Part shown: piece by piece, positions 45,089 to 57,915 of the stretch | Layout of the letters: the number at the start of each line of letters is the position of its first letter | How positions within the stretch are numbered: position 1 is the first letter of the stretch | NCBI GenBank assembly: GCA_964016885.1 | Contig: OZ024747.1 | Coordinates: 51,460,001-51,524,000 of the forward strand | Source of the DNA: Eledone cirrhosa | Taxonomy: Eukaryota | Direction: 5' to 3' | DNA length: 64,000 nt | Translations under genes and position numbers: made by a program | Notes under the pieces: generated by a model | The model's input: the letters and a program-made list of their open reading frames with translations, nothing else | The model's database searches: none | Told to the model about the DNA's origin: nothing

Positions 45089-46972
45089 TTAACTGTATAC
45101 TTTGTGAAAAGTTCTATGGAATTTATGAAGGCAGATGGAAAACAAATCCGAGCGTCTATTTATTATGGATTCTAGGTTAGAGATAATGGTAAATTTTTCA
45201 TTTAGGCAGAGATTACAGATTTTAGATAGAGAACTGTTCAAGTACGAGGATGCAGAAGAAATCTTTTTCCAAAAGATGTTATATTTAATGTTTTTGTCTT
45301 TTAAGGACCATATGAGTTCTGAGAGAGCAGTGTTAGTTCTTTTAAGTTTGTATTTGAAAGATGAATGATGATTATAGAGACGAGCTTTAAAAGAGGTGGA
45401 AGTGGAGCCAAAATAGGTGAAGGAGTTGGTGCTAGTTATAATTTTACATTCATAAATTAAGTTTTTATCGAGGCAATGGTTGTTGAGAGGACATTTATTT
45501 TTAATGCGGCAGTTGCAATTAGAGAGATTATTAATGAGTGATCTAGTGTTATCTATAGAAGGAATTGGATTGGAGAAGTTGTTTGCGATAGGAATAATAG
45601 GTATAATAGTTTCTTGATTTAGAGTTGGATTATGAACATTTAGCGAAGTTGTGTTTGACGTTGCATTTGGGTTTACAGAAGTTAGCCTAGGGTTTACAAT
45701 GACGTCAGGAGTACTATTATTGTTATTATGAGATTCAATATTGGAAGGAAGAGATTTAGTATTTAATATTTTGTTGTTGTGTTTAGAAATGATGTTGGAA
45801 ATATTGGAGGATGTAGAATACGAAAATTTAATGGTGTGTTTGTTAAATATTTTACTATAGATATGTGAGGGAGGGAAGCATTTATTTAAGGCACTAAAAA
45901 ATAATTTAGGAATATTGTTATTAATAGAGATGGAGAAAGGAGCATTATACCAGATTATGTTTTTGTATCTAGGTCTTTTATTAAAATTATTGGAATGGTT
46001 ATGATTAAATATTCTACTGTAAGTTTTCCTAGAATTTGTTTCTTTATTATATTTGATTTTATCTGGATAGCCAGCTTTAGAAAGTGCGTTATTATAGTAA
46101 TTGGCGTTAGCATCAAAGATGTTTTTATTAGAAGATATGTTAGATATTCTATTTCCAATATTATTAACTATAGCATTCTTGATATTGGTAGGATGGTTAG
46201 ATTTAAAGTTAACATAATTAAGATTCTCATTGTTTTTATGGTAAGGGTAATATAGGCCAGTGTCAAGATTAAGAGATACATCCAAGAAATTAGCTAGTTT
46301 GGTACTATTATCAAATTCAATTTTTAGGTTATGTTGGTTAAAGAGATTACGTATATTGTTCTTAATAATATTAAGTTTAACTATATTGCAATTTAGGATA
46401 GTAAAGAGTCCATCGTCACGATAAATTCCACCGCGAAGTTGAGGAATTTTCCGACTCAAAGAGTTCAAAATGAAGATACCAATTAAATCAGTCAATTGGG
46501 ATGAATCGGATGCTCCCATTGTGATGTCGAAGTTGTTAGAGGTATCGGCTCTGGTCCAATATTCGTTGTTGAACTCTAGGATGGTTTTACGTGCGGTGAG
46601 GATGATGTGAAGTTCATCTGTGGTGATGTCAGAATATTTAAGTGCGAAAGATAGAGCATTATTGAGAAGTGAAGGCGAAATGGAGGAATAGTAGCTGGCA
46701 ATATCGAATTGAATAAATTTTAGTTTGTTTTTATTATCCAATTTGTTGAACCAGCCAATCACTTCAGAAGTACCAAACCATAAATTTAGGTTTAAAGAAG
46801 AGCAATTAGAACTAACCTGTGGGATAATCCTATCCAAGATGGCTTTACTAACAACCCCCAGATCAGATTTAGAGGGGGCGATTAATCTAACAGGTAGTTC
46901 AGTGCGAAAATTGTTTTTGTGATCCTTGAGATTTATCCTCGGAGTTCTCGGAGTTTTATCTGATGAAAACAC
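45089..46972 (-). CDS. Naiad-like Penelope RT + GIY-YIG endonuclease (627 aa, N-truncated; first ~8 residues come from the inverted pLTR)
   Basis: Motifs INLKDHK, RLIAPSKSD, QFDIASYYSSI, MGASDS, IYRDDG, NFLDV, IIWYNAPFS, CNCRIKNKCPLNNHC, LIYEC...YFGST, CNLCLNEK and CLH. No internal stop. Confidence 0.92.
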   Translation of the reverse strand: MFSSDKTPRTPRINLKDHKNNFRTELPVRLIAPSKSDLGVVSKAILDRIIPQVSSNCSSLNLNLWFGTSEVIGWFNKLDNKNKLKFIQFDIASYYSSISPSLLNNALSFALKYSDITTDELHIILTARKTILEFNNEYWTRADTSNNFDITMGASDSSQLTDLIGIFILNSLSRKIPQLRGGIYRDDGLFTILNCNIVKLNIIKNNIRNLFNQHNLKIEFDNSTKLANFLDVSLNLDTGLYYPYHKNNENLNYVNFKSNHPTNIKNAIVNNIGNRISNISSNKNIFDANANYYNNALSKAGYPDKIKYNKETNSRKTYSRIFNHNHSNNFNKRPRYKNIIWYNAPFSISINNNIPKLFFSALNKCFPPSHIYSKIFNKHTIKFSYSTSSNISNIISKHNNKILNTKSLPSNIESHNNNNSTPDVIVNPRLTSVNPNATSNTTSLNVHNPTLNQETIIPIIPIANNFSNPIPSIDNTRSLINNLSNCNCRIKNKCPLNNHCLDKNLIYECKIITSTNSFTYFGSTSTSFKARLYNHHSSFKYKLKRTNTALSELIWSLKDKNIKYNIFWKKISSASSYLNSSLSKICNLCLNEKFTIISNLESIINRRSDLFSICLHKFHRTFHKVYS

Positions 46973-47020
46973 AAATATTATTGTTTGATGATGTTTGTTT
47001 TTGAAATGCGCATAATAAAA
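46954..47020 (+). ncRNA. Type I hammerhead ribozyme (inverted pLTR)
   Basis: Reverse complement of 43775-43841. Confidence 0.8.
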
Positions 47021-47057
47021 TATATTGAACTCCTTTAACCATCTTTTGAACTTATAT

Positions 47058-47088
<31 letters not shown>

Positions 47089-47175
47089 ATGTGTATATAT
47101 ATATAGGTATGTATATATATGTATCTACGTATGTATGCAATATATGTATATATGTAAGTATGTATATACATATAT

Positions 47176-47251
<76 letters not shown>

Positions 47252-47346
47252 ATATATATATATAGGTATGTATATATATGTATCTACGTATGTATGCAAT
47301 ATATGTATATATGTATATATGTAAGTATGTATATACATATATATAT

Positions 47347-47430
<84 letters not shown>

Positions 47431-47467
47431 GGGGGGGGGGAGTGGGGTGTGTGTGTGTGTGTGTTAT

Positions 47468-47875
47468 GTCATCTCGCTCTTCAGGGCTACTGGTAACATG
47501 TAACCCAGAACAACCTCTGTATGGTGGGGTCATCGGTGACTAAACCGCCAACCCCTTCTGAAGTCACATGAAAGGATACCCACCTGCAAAACCACTGAAC
47601 AAAGATCTGCAGAAACAACACGACATGCAACAAAATCTGTAGAACTAGTTGTGGACTAAAACAACACAGAGTGGTGTATAAAGATTGTGTCACACAGGGT
47701 GACCGCACCGGTCCTGTGGAAAGCACAACTCTTGCCTGTCACCTGTGCCATAAACCATGCAGATCTACAGCTGGTCGACAAAGTCATCTACGAAGTCATG
47801 GACGCAGATGGGATGACAATAAAGAATCAGTAAGAGACGGCAATCAACTGTGAAGACGCTGAAATCGTCCTCATA
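47468..47875 (+). mobile_element. Internally deleted RTE-like element (5' head joined to C-terminal zinc finger)
   Basis: The head is shared with 48460-48560. The peptide LACHLCHKPCRSTAGRQSHLRSH is the C2H2 motif typical of RTE ORF ends. Confidence 0.55.
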
Positions 47876-47969
47876 TACGTATGTATGTGTGTTTGTATGT
47901 ATGTACATACATGTGTGTATATATATATGTATATATATGTGTGTGTGTATGTATGTATATGTGTATGTA

Positions 47970-48046
<77 letters not shown>

Positions 48047-48049
<3 letters not shown>

Positions 48050-48237
48050 TACGTTATTCCGGGTTGAATCGGAGGTAACCACAGTAAGTAAGGTACTCAA
48101 TACATTGCAGAGTATAAAAGTTTTAATATAGATGAGATTCTACAGGACTAGAACTGTTTCATTCTTTAGAAATCATCAGATTCCTGATGATTTCTAAAGA
48201 ATGAAACAGTTCTAGTCCTGTAGAATCTCATCTATAT

Positions 48238-48239
<2 letters not shown>
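48047..48239 (-). mobile_element. Fold-back pLTR mini-element with opposed hammerhead cores
   Basis: Perfect 56-bp arms at 48124-48179 and 48184-48239. Each arm starts CTGATGA-TTTCTAAAGAAT-GAAA-CAGTTCTAG-TC. A diverged relative lies at 63570-63690. Confidence 0.75.
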
Positions 48240-48268
<29 letters not shown>

Positions 48269-48459
48269 GTGTATGTATATACATATGTATATGTGTGTGT
48301 ATGTATATATGTATGTATATATGTATGTATATATATATGTATGTATATATGTGTATATATGTATATGTATATATGTGTATGTGTATGTATATATATATAT
48401 GTATGTATGTATATATATATGTGTGTATGTGTGTGTATGTATATATGTATGTATATCTA

Positions 48460-48900
48460 TGTCGGGTCACTCATGAGTGCTACTGGTAACATGTAACCCA
48501 GTACAACCTGTCGCATGGTCGGGTCGTCGGCGACTAAACCGGGAACCCCACCAACTTTACTTGGTGACGAGGGTAATGTTGGACACCCTGCAGGACAAAA
48601 AACAAAACCTGACAAAGGGCAGAAGAACTCACAAGAGTCAACGGCCATCCAAAAATGTGTAAATATGTATATTTATCACTGGGAGTGAAGGACCCCTAGC
48701 CTTTGTTAAGGCATTCTTCTAGGAGAAGGCAACTCAGGAAACTGGGATAACTCCGATATAAAACCTGCGGCTCAGTAGTTATCAATGATGTTGATCTTTT
48801 CTTCTTTTCGGGATATAGCTACTGTTGCTCAGAGAGTGGGGTTGGCTCAGTGCACAGTCTTTCCTCACTTTAAAAAATATCTTCACGCACAGGCATTGCA
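48460..48900 (+). mobile_element. RTE-like 5'UTR fragment
   Basis: The head is shared with 47468. CTAGGAGAAGGCAACTC...AAACC resembles RTE 5'UTRs (recalled). Confidence 0.45.
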
Positions 48901-48924
48901 CGATAGAATTAATTAATAATTATT

Positions 48925-49110
48925 AATAATTGTTTCTACTTTAGGCACAAGACCAGCAATCACCAGTGCATTACTGGTACTTTATTTTATCGACCACGTA
49001 AGGATGAAAGGCAAAGTCAACCTCGGCGGGATTTGAACTCAGATCGTAAAGGGACGTAACTATGCTGGAAAGCATGGCGTCTGTCCCTCTACCGATACTG
49101 CCAATCCACC
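48925..49110 (-). mobile_element. tRNA-derived Nin/Deu-domain SINE
   Basis: Contains CTGGTACTTTATTTTATCGACC..GGATGAAAGGCAAAGTCAACCTCGGCGGGATTTGAACTC. Confidence 0.75.
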
Positions 49111-49518
49111 CCTAATCATTATTAATAATGGCATATCGTGCAATGGCCATACTCGATAACGAGGGGGCAGCCATCATGTTTGTATGTATGTATGTATATA
49201 TATATGTATATATGTATGTACGTATGCATGTATGTGTGTATGTATGCATGAATGTATGTATGTATGTATACATGTATGTATGTGTGTGTGTATCTATGTA
49301 TGCATGTATATATGTTTGTTTGTATGTATGTATCTATGTTTGCATGTAAGTACGTACAAATTTATGCATGCATGTATGTATGTTTTTGTATATGTATGTG
49401 TGTATGTATGTTTGTATGTATGGATGTATGTTTGTTTGTATGTATGTATGTATGTATATGTATGCATGTGTATATATAAACACTACCAAACACAGACACT
49501 CACACGCACGCAATCACG

Positions 49519-49550
<32 letters not shown>

Positions 49551-50119
49551 CATATAGAGAGAGAGAGAGAGTGGGGGAGAGGAGAGAGTGAGAGACAGAG
49601 ATAAGTACATGCATACCTATTTATATTCATACATAAATGCTTATATATACGTATATTTTTATGTGTTTAATTGAAACTAGTACATGTGTCTACCTCACCC
49701 TCGCTTCTTTTTTAATCTTATATTTTTCTTCCCCTCCATCTCCACGATCCAGACTCCTTCTTTCTTTGCATTTCCGTTTTTCTTGTGATTATACTATATA
49801 TGGAATATTGATAGAAATGTTCAATAAATCATTCACACATACATTGAATGATACAAACCACGTTATATAGACTTTTCACATACATTACTGTATACTTATA
49901 TATTAGTATATAATTATATATATATATATATATATATATAGTGTGGGGGGGGGTATAGGTGGGTGGTTGTATTTTACAGCATATCAATATCTATATGCGT
50001 TTGTGGGTTTGTGCATGCAAGTGTATGTCAGCCTCTGTCTATAAGTTTGTGATAGAAACTATTCACATTTAATTTCGAATACGGCCATTTTAACTTCCAT
50101 TTCGATTACTTCCCACCCT

Positions 50120-50213
<94 letters not shown>

Positions 50214-50600
50214 AATTCTCTCCACAATACTATCCCTATAGTTTCCCATCTGTCGGTCTTTTCCCTAGAGTTATCAACTTGTAGTTGTTGAAAAAGGAAC
50301 ATTAACCGTGTTATTCTCACAAGTCTCCGAGGAGCCGCAGATCCTTATGAAATCAGCAGCAACTTATTTTGTAATGGTTTCCTTTTTGGTAATATTTGGT
50401 GTTTTCCCTTTGCACCACATGCATATGTTCAGAAATAAAAAAAAAAGGCCGAGACCCACTGAGAACATAGCAATGACCTACATGTGCATTATTTCATATT
50501 TTACACAATACAGAAATGTCTGAGGTCCATAGATTACACGGCAATGATCAATGTGTATGTTACATCCTATTTTACATATAAAAATTGAAAAATCACCAAA

Positions 50601-51023
50601 GCCTACAGAGGTCACCACAATGGCCTACAGAGGTCAACACAATGGCCTACAGAGGTCACCACAATGGCCTACAGAGGTCACCACAATGGCCTACAGAGGT
50701 CACCACAATGGCCTACAGAGGTCAACACAATGGCCTACAGAGGTCAACACAATGGCCTACAGAGGTCACCACAATGGCCTACAGAGGTCAACACAATGGC
50801 CTACAGAGGTCACCACAATGGCCTACAGAGGTCACCACAATGGCCTACAGAGGTCAACACAATGGCCTACAGAGGTCACCACAATGGCCTACAGAGGTCA
50901 CCACAATGGCCTACAGAGGTCACCACAATGGCCTACAGAGGTCACCACAATGGCCTCAGAGGTCAACACAATGGCCTACAGAGGTCACCACAATGGCCTA
51001 CAGAGGTCACCACAATGGCCTAC
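50601..51023. repeat. 22-bp minisatellite (GCCTACAGAGGTCACCACAATG), about 19 copies
   Basis: Read directly; two variants (ACC/AAC). Confidence 0.95.
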
Positions 51024-51164
51024 ATGTATATTATATCATATATTTCATTTAAAAATGAAAAACGGTCCTACCATGATAGAGGACACGTCAATGGTCCACT
51101 TGTTGGCTGCGGTCGGCCTGTTCCCGACATCAGAATCACTTAAGTACAGGGCTAATACATTCCG

Positions 51165-51260
51165 TTGTTTGTTGTGACTCTTTGCTCTCTGAATTCAAAT
51201 CCTGCCAAGGTCAATTTTATCTTTCCTTCTTTCGGGGGTCAATAAATTAAAGAACAGGTT
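51165..51260 (+). mobile_element. Degenerate SINE copy
   Basis: GAATTCAAATCCTGCCAAGGTCAATTTTATCTTTCCTTCTTTCGGGGGTCAATAAA. Confidence 0.55.
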
Positions 51261-51607
51261 TAGGAGGGTGAAATAGCTGAATATTTAGGACTTTGAGTAT
51301 GATTCGTTTCCAGCTGTTTCCGTTCTGGTTTCAAATCTCACTGTAACTTAATTCCGTATGTATATATTCTTATATGTATAAATATACGTAAAAAAAGATA
51401 GTTATTGCTCCAATTGGTCTACTCACACTCAGCAAACACTGTAAATCGAACTCACACTCAGCAAACACCGTAAATCGAATGGCAAACTGTACTCATGATT
51501 CCTGCCAAACCAAACCGTACTCACATTCCGAATCATACGGGTACCACATCTTCCATCTGAATTCGGCTTAGGTAACCAGACCTTTATCGCCTCATAATAT
51601 GAAGTCT

Positions 51608-51730
<123 letters not shown>

Positions 51731-51797
51731 GTACATTACTATTCCGAGTATCGAGTTGAATAATGGCCTTAATAGTTTAAGACTGGTAAAATTCAGG

Positions 51798-51894
<97 letters not shown>

Positions 51895-51899
51895 ATCTC

Positions 51900-51982
51900 T
51901 CCACGTTTTTATTGTATGTAAACTTCCCCCTTTGTATTTGTCCCCTTCGTTTGTGCCCCTGTGGCTAATAAAGAAATATATC
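51900..51982 (+). mobile_element. Tx1-like 3' terminus within (TC)/(TCTA)n
   Basis: TGTAAACTTCCCCC..TGTCCCCTTCGTTTGTGCCCCTGTGGCTAATAAAGAAAT matches 414-480. Confidence 0.65.
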
Positions 51983-51986
51983 TATA

Positions 51987-52017
<31 letters not shown>

Positions 52018-52432
52018 TTATATATATATATATATATGTGTGTATGTATATATATATGCGTGTGTATGCTTGTGTGTGTCAGTGTACTTGACTCTATATG
52101 CTGCTATTGCTTATTCCCAAGACTTATAGTAAAAGACGCTCTGGACGTGGTCCTTCAATATTATACAAAACATGAAGCCTCTAGGAGTACATTAACCGAC
52201 GTGTTCTTTATATTAAAAGAAGTGTTGTTTAAAAGAGATTTGGCTGCTATATTTAGCAGCTATTGAACGCCAGACCATACTTCCAGCTCTGCTCCATTAA
52301 GTTTTATGATAATCCAATTATGCTACAGCTCCACTTATACAGCTTACTGAGCTGTTGCTACTACTGCTGCTACTGCTGCTGCTACTACTACTACTACTAC
52401 TACAACAACTACTACTACTACTACTATTACTA

Positions 52433-52592
<160 letters not shown>

Positions 52593-52612
52593 GGCTGCTG
52601 CTGCTGCTGCTA

Positions 52613-52663
<51 letters not shown>

Positions 52664-53517
52664 CATAACCCAGTGACCCACTCTCCAGTTTCTCTCCATT
52701 CTATTCTCAAAAACATACAATTTCCCTATAACCCAGAAACCCACAGAATCCTTCACTCGACGACTAACAGACAGACGAAGGAAGCTAGCAAAGAAATCCA
52801 GACGATAAACACAGCAGGCAAGGTAACCCCTCCCTCCCTGCCTCCCTAGCAACCTATCTATACTCCCCTCCGACCTCAACTGCCTGCCTACTCACCTACT
52901 TACTTCCGCCGAACGGTTTCGATTTTCAACCTCACTTCAGTCTACTTTCTAAAAATGACTAGACTCTCATGACAAATAATGTCAGCTTTGTTTATGTCAC
53001 GTGACTGGACTGGATTCCCTCGATTTGCCTTTCTTTCTCCATTATCTCTCTTCTTCTTCTTCTTCTTCTTCTTCTTCTTCTTCTTCTTCTTCTTCTTCTT
53101 CTTCTTCTTCTTCTTCTTCTTCTTTATGAGTTTAAAGTGCGAGAAAGTGAACGGATGACTGACTCACATGAAGTCAGTAGCTGCAGCAACAGCAACAACA
53201 GCAACAACAGCAACAACAACAACAAATACTGTTGTAGAATTAGCGGTAACAACAACAAAGCCAACAGCAACACCAACCACGGTTGTAGAATAGTAGCAAG
53301 AAGAAGAAGAAGAAGAAGAAGAAGAAGAAGAAGAAGAAGATCTAACAATTCTACCAACAATATTTTTTCATTCTAATATTAATACAAGGCCAGCAATTTA
53401 CTCTCTAAAAAGAGAAGTTATCGCTTATAAAACCGAATGTCAATAATGAAGGTACCTCAAAAGAGAGCAAGAACGTATTTCCCCCGTATTTCTCAAAAGA
53501 GAATCACAAATCTCACA

Positions 53518-53564
<47 letters not shown>

Positions 53565-53750
53565 CACGAACATATGGTCAGGTTAAAATGTGCTTGTGTG
53601 AATCAATGTGCAAAGTAAACAAGGAAGATTGCTTACCAAAGTATTTTACGCGACATAGTCTCTGCATGGTAACACTCTAATTTGAGAGTTCCATGTACAG
53701 TATCCAAGTGGAAGATCACGAAGTAATTATAAATTTAAAGGTATTATACA

Positions 53751-54450
53751 AGGAAAAACAAACGACTAGGCAAGAAGTAAAAGTTATAAGAAAAATATTT
53801 AGAGTCCGTTCTTTAACATATGTTTCAATACAATATCAGTCAAGGAACGCTAATTGCATATTATTATGCTTACTCGCAAGCATTACATAAAATATTGCAC
53901 TTTATCAGAAAGAGTATAGTGTTCATAGTTCGTACTTAAGTCCGAGTAGATAACGGTAAGTAAATCCTTACTCCAAGATACAGCGACCTCACTTCGAACT
54001 ATGAACACTATACTCTTTCTGATAAAGTGCAATATTTTATGTAATGCTTGCGAGTAAGCATAATAATATGCAATTAGCGCTCCTTGACTGATATTGTATT
54101 GAAACATATTGTTAAAGAACGGACTCTAAATATTTTTCTTCTAACTTTTACTTCTTGCCTAGTCGTTCGTTTTTCCTCGTACTTCAGTCCGAGTAGATAG
54201 CGGTAAGACAGCGGTAAGACAGCGGTAAGAAAATCCTTACTGCAAGATGCAACGACCTCATCTCGAACTATGAACAATATACTTTTTCTGATGAAGTGAA
54301 ATATTTTATGTAATGCTTCCAATTGAGCATAATAATATGCAATCAACGCTCCTAGACTGATATTGTATTGAAACATATGTTAAAGAACAGGCTCTAAATA
54401 AATCTTTCTCCTCTAAGCTTTACTTCGTACCTAGTCGTTTGTTTCTCCTC
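53751..54450 (+). mobile_element. pLTR array: one inverted plus two tandem copies, each with an extended-stem-II hammerhead
   Basis: Inverted copy 53751-53932; tandem copies 53933-54178 and 54179-54450. The best core (54283-54386) reads TTTTT-CTGATGA-AGTGAAATAT..ATATTGTATT-GAAA-CATATG-TT-AAAGA. Confidence 0.7.
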
Positions 54451-54798
54451 ACTATAACTTATTCTATTCTATTTTATCCTCGGTTACTCACTTGCATGTT
54501 CCATTGACCTTGTCCCCCCACCATTTGGACTGTTTACCTGTTTTTTCTCTTTCTTCCTCTCTCCTCAGTACTTTCCCCCTTTTTTCTTGTTCTTTTTACT
54601 TTTCTTTCCCTCCTGGACTTTTGATTGATAAAAGGGCTTGGGCGCGCCGCTGATCGCTTTTAGATGTCCTGTATTAAGCGCCGAAACATCTATGATCTCG
54701 GTATACAGCTGATGAAGGATTTCTTCTCTTGTTTCGTCTATACTACAATCTTAAAATTTGTTTACAATAACCACACAGCTCATTTCGTTTCTTATAAT

Positions 54799-54837
<39 letters not shown>

Positions 54838-55165
54838 GTATACATATATATATACAGACTTACGTAGTCACACTATCCACACGCCTGGTTATGATTTGTT
54901 ATCGCACTCTTCCTTTCTCAAAACTGCTTCCTCAATGCCTCTCTAATATTTGGACTATTCCCTTGTTTTAACTGTTGCATGTATTCCACTCCGTGCATTT
55001 GAATTTGAACTTGAATGTTTGTACAATTATTGTACAATTCTCGTAAAATATATGTCACATCCATTCCACTCTGTAAATAGGAAACTGTTGCTCACAACAT
55101 CAATTTATATGTATCTATATTATTGTTCAGTTGAATAGGAGGGTAATTATATGTGCAAACATTGA

Positions 55166-55219
55166 TAATGCTCCGATGATTCCAAACGAGAGTTTGGAAG
55201 AAACGATTGTCAGCTATTA
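55166..55219 (+). ncRNA. Hammerhead ribozyme with CCGAUGA variant core
   Basis: TAATGCT-CCGATGA-TTCCAAAC(GAGA)GTTTGGAA-GAAA-CGATTG-TC-AGCTATTA. Confidence 0.7.
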
Positions 55220-55267
55220 AATGATTTGAACACAACTTTGATAATTGTATAATTTATTTATATATAT

Positions 55268-55345
<78 letters not shown>

Positions 55346-55352
55346 ATATATA

Positions 55353-55409
<57 letters not shown>

Positions 55410-56029
55410 GTGTGTGTTTTTGTGTGTGTGTGTGTGTGTAATTTAAATATATCTAAGTACGATAGTCAGTCTTAAACGGTTTAATATCCACCTTAGGGCT
55501 TACACATTTAAATAATACATTCTACTTTCGTTAAGTCAGCAATATTATTAATAGTTGGAAGTAATAAGATTGTCTCCATTTATATTTACTGAAACGGATT
55601 TAACAAACGAAGAAAATGTTCACAGCCAGATGAAACAACAGCTGAAAATTCGGAGTCAATGTCACATATTTCTTCAAGATATACATTTTATAAGCAGTCT
55701 ATATGTATCGAGTGTGCATCAGTAAATGTTAGAACATTTTAAAATGCATGACCATTTAAGAATATTACTATTTAAGTACACGGTTTTTCCTACCAAACGT
55801 ATTGATCAACCTGTGGCAATGGTAGAAGATATTAGTCAATGAATATAATATGAATCTAGGGTGGTTGATTGATGGAATCATTAGAGCGTCGAGCGAGACA
55901 TATTGCGACATTTGTTTCGGATTTTTATCTTCTTGTTTCAAATCTTATTGCGGGTTATCTGCATGGCGGGCTTAGTCAAAATCTAGCATAACATCAACTA
56001 TTTTCACTTTGTTGCACTCATTCTACCTA

Positions 56030-56160
56030 TTTTTCTGATATGAAGTTAACCACATTCACTCCTATTCCCTTCCAGCACCCTCGGAGGCCAAGAAATGGGC
56101 TATGACCACCAACCCATGATATAAATAATATTAAAATATCAAAGAGATTCGAGGAATGCG
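56030..56160 (-). pseudogene. Exon-like remnant resembling a laminin-G domain C-terminus
   Basis: ILFISWVGGHSPFLGLRGCWKGIEVN resembles LamG LxxGG....GFxGCxxxxxxN. Donor ATAG|GTAGAA. Confidence 0.35.
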
Positions 56161-56324
56161 TACCCTATAACTGGGTAATGTACAGAGCATCGACAACACC
56201 AAAAATAATATTAATTTTTCATTGACTGATCTGATCTATACAATGACCGGAGTGTGTTACTCTCGTTATTATATGAGTCTGTGAGAGCGTTGGATAAAAT
56301 GATATTCCGTATTTAGTTCTGACT

Positions 56325-56480
56325 CGTTACGTTCTAAGTTTGAATATCGTCTGCTGCAAATTTGTCTTTCATCCATTAGGTGTCGATAAAATAAACCACC
56401 AGTTAAAAAGAGGAGTCTATTTAATCGAATTTTTCTCTCCCAAATTACTGGCCTTCTACCAAAAGTAGAAATCATTATAT
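56325..56480 (+). mobile_element. Degenerate SINE copy
   Basis: TTTGTCTTTCATCCATTAGGTGTCGATAAAATAAACCACCAG. Confidence 0.55.
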
Positions 56481-56847
56481 GAGTCGTTGTGGCATCTGCG
56501 GTCATCTACTGTATAATGTCATCAATAATAAATGGGAAAGAACATATATACTTCCATTGACGCAAAGAAAATCGTTTTGGGATATTTATCTTTAAAAAAT
56601 TGGTTCATTTTCTTCTTTTTTATTAAAGCTAATGGAAACTATTTTACATTCATAATAGAATCTTTTTTCTACAGCTTCTGCTCTTTAGAAACTTCTGTGT
56701 TTTTCTATAATGTAATGTATACGTATTTGGTAATAGATCAAGGAAAGAAATTTTAGCTCCATTATTGTTTTTAGGCCTAGGTATACATGATCTAACTTTC
56801 ATTTTATATAAATATACGAATATATGCATTTATATATGTGTTATATA

Positions 56848-56899
<52 letters not shown>

Positions 56900-57097
56900 G
56901 AAAATATCGGTATATAAAAAATATATCGACTTGGTGACCAATAACCCCTCAATGTAAAAGTGCTAAGATTGTAAAAGAAGGAACTCACAAAGTTATTGTT
57001 ATTTGTACAACAAAAACATGTAGAACATATAATTAGAGAGTACAATGAAATATTACTTACTTTATATTAGCAATATAAAGTTTTAACACACACACAC

Positions 57098-57135
<38 letters not shown>

Positions 57136-57139
<4 letters not shown>

Positions 57140-57790
57140 TGTTATATTTGGGGAGGGTCATATTTGCGTAATATTGCCAGAATTAATAACAGAACACACT
57201 CACTGTTTGGTTGGTTTTCGCTTCTCGCTGTCTTTTATATATATATATCTGCGATCTAACTTACTCGGTCCTCAATGTTGCCATTGACTGACCGGCGGTC
57301 AAAAATAATACAGATACAATATAGACAAACACATATATATATAGTTTACATAAATCTTTCGTTGCACATCTGCAACATCGTCAGTGGTGTTATATTCATT
57401 GTTCCTCCTGTTGTGTTGTATGTCTACGCCATTTTTTTTTGACAAAAAAAATGGCGTAGACATACAACACAACAGGAGGAACAATGAATATAACACCACT
57501 GACGATGTTGCAGATGTGCAACGAAAGATTTATGTAAACTATATATATATGTGTTTGTCTATATTGTATCTGTATTATTTTTGACCGCCGGTCAGTCAAT
57601 GGCAACATTGAGGACCGAGTAAGTTAGATCGCAGATATATATATATAAAAGACAGCGAGAAGCGAAAACCAACCAAACAGTGAGTGTGTTCTGTTATTAA
57701 TTCTGGCAATATTACGCAAATATGACCCTCCCCAAATATAACAATATCTGTTTCGACACACGATTTCATATAAAAAACCTCGCAAAACTA
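57136..57790 (+). mobile_element. Near-perfect ~610-bp palindrome (arms about 303 bp), TA-flanked, with short one-sided tail
   Basis: 57136-57441 is the reverse complement of 57443-57747; the mirrored ORFs in the track confirm this. Confidence 0.9.
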
Positions 57791-57859
57791 TATATATATA
57801 TATATATATATATAGTGACGAAACATAAGTCAATTGCATGAACTCATAATCCTTTATTT

Positions 57860-57915
57860 ACTGCTATATATATTTCGATGATAGCCATTGAATGGCTATG
57901 ATCTCACCAGGCAGT
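57860..57915 (-). ncRNA. Hammerhead ribozyme with CUGGUGA variant core
   Basis: ACTGC-CTGGTGA-GATCATAGCCATT(C)AATGGCTATCATC-GAAA-TATATA-TA-GCAGT. A related degenerate copy lies at 34317-34372. Confidence 0.7.

Larger units (their letters stand above)
43648..47058 (-). mobile_element. Penelope-like element 3, 5'-truncated, with inverted pLTR
   Basis: 43741-43842 is inverted at 46953-47054. It has an uninterrupted ORF and a 1.3-kb 3'UTR with tandem duplications. Flanked by (TA)n. Confidence 0.9.

Noticed and set aside
50551-51177. Repetitive protein ORFs in three frames
   Set aside because: Artefact of a 22-bp stop-free minisatellite.
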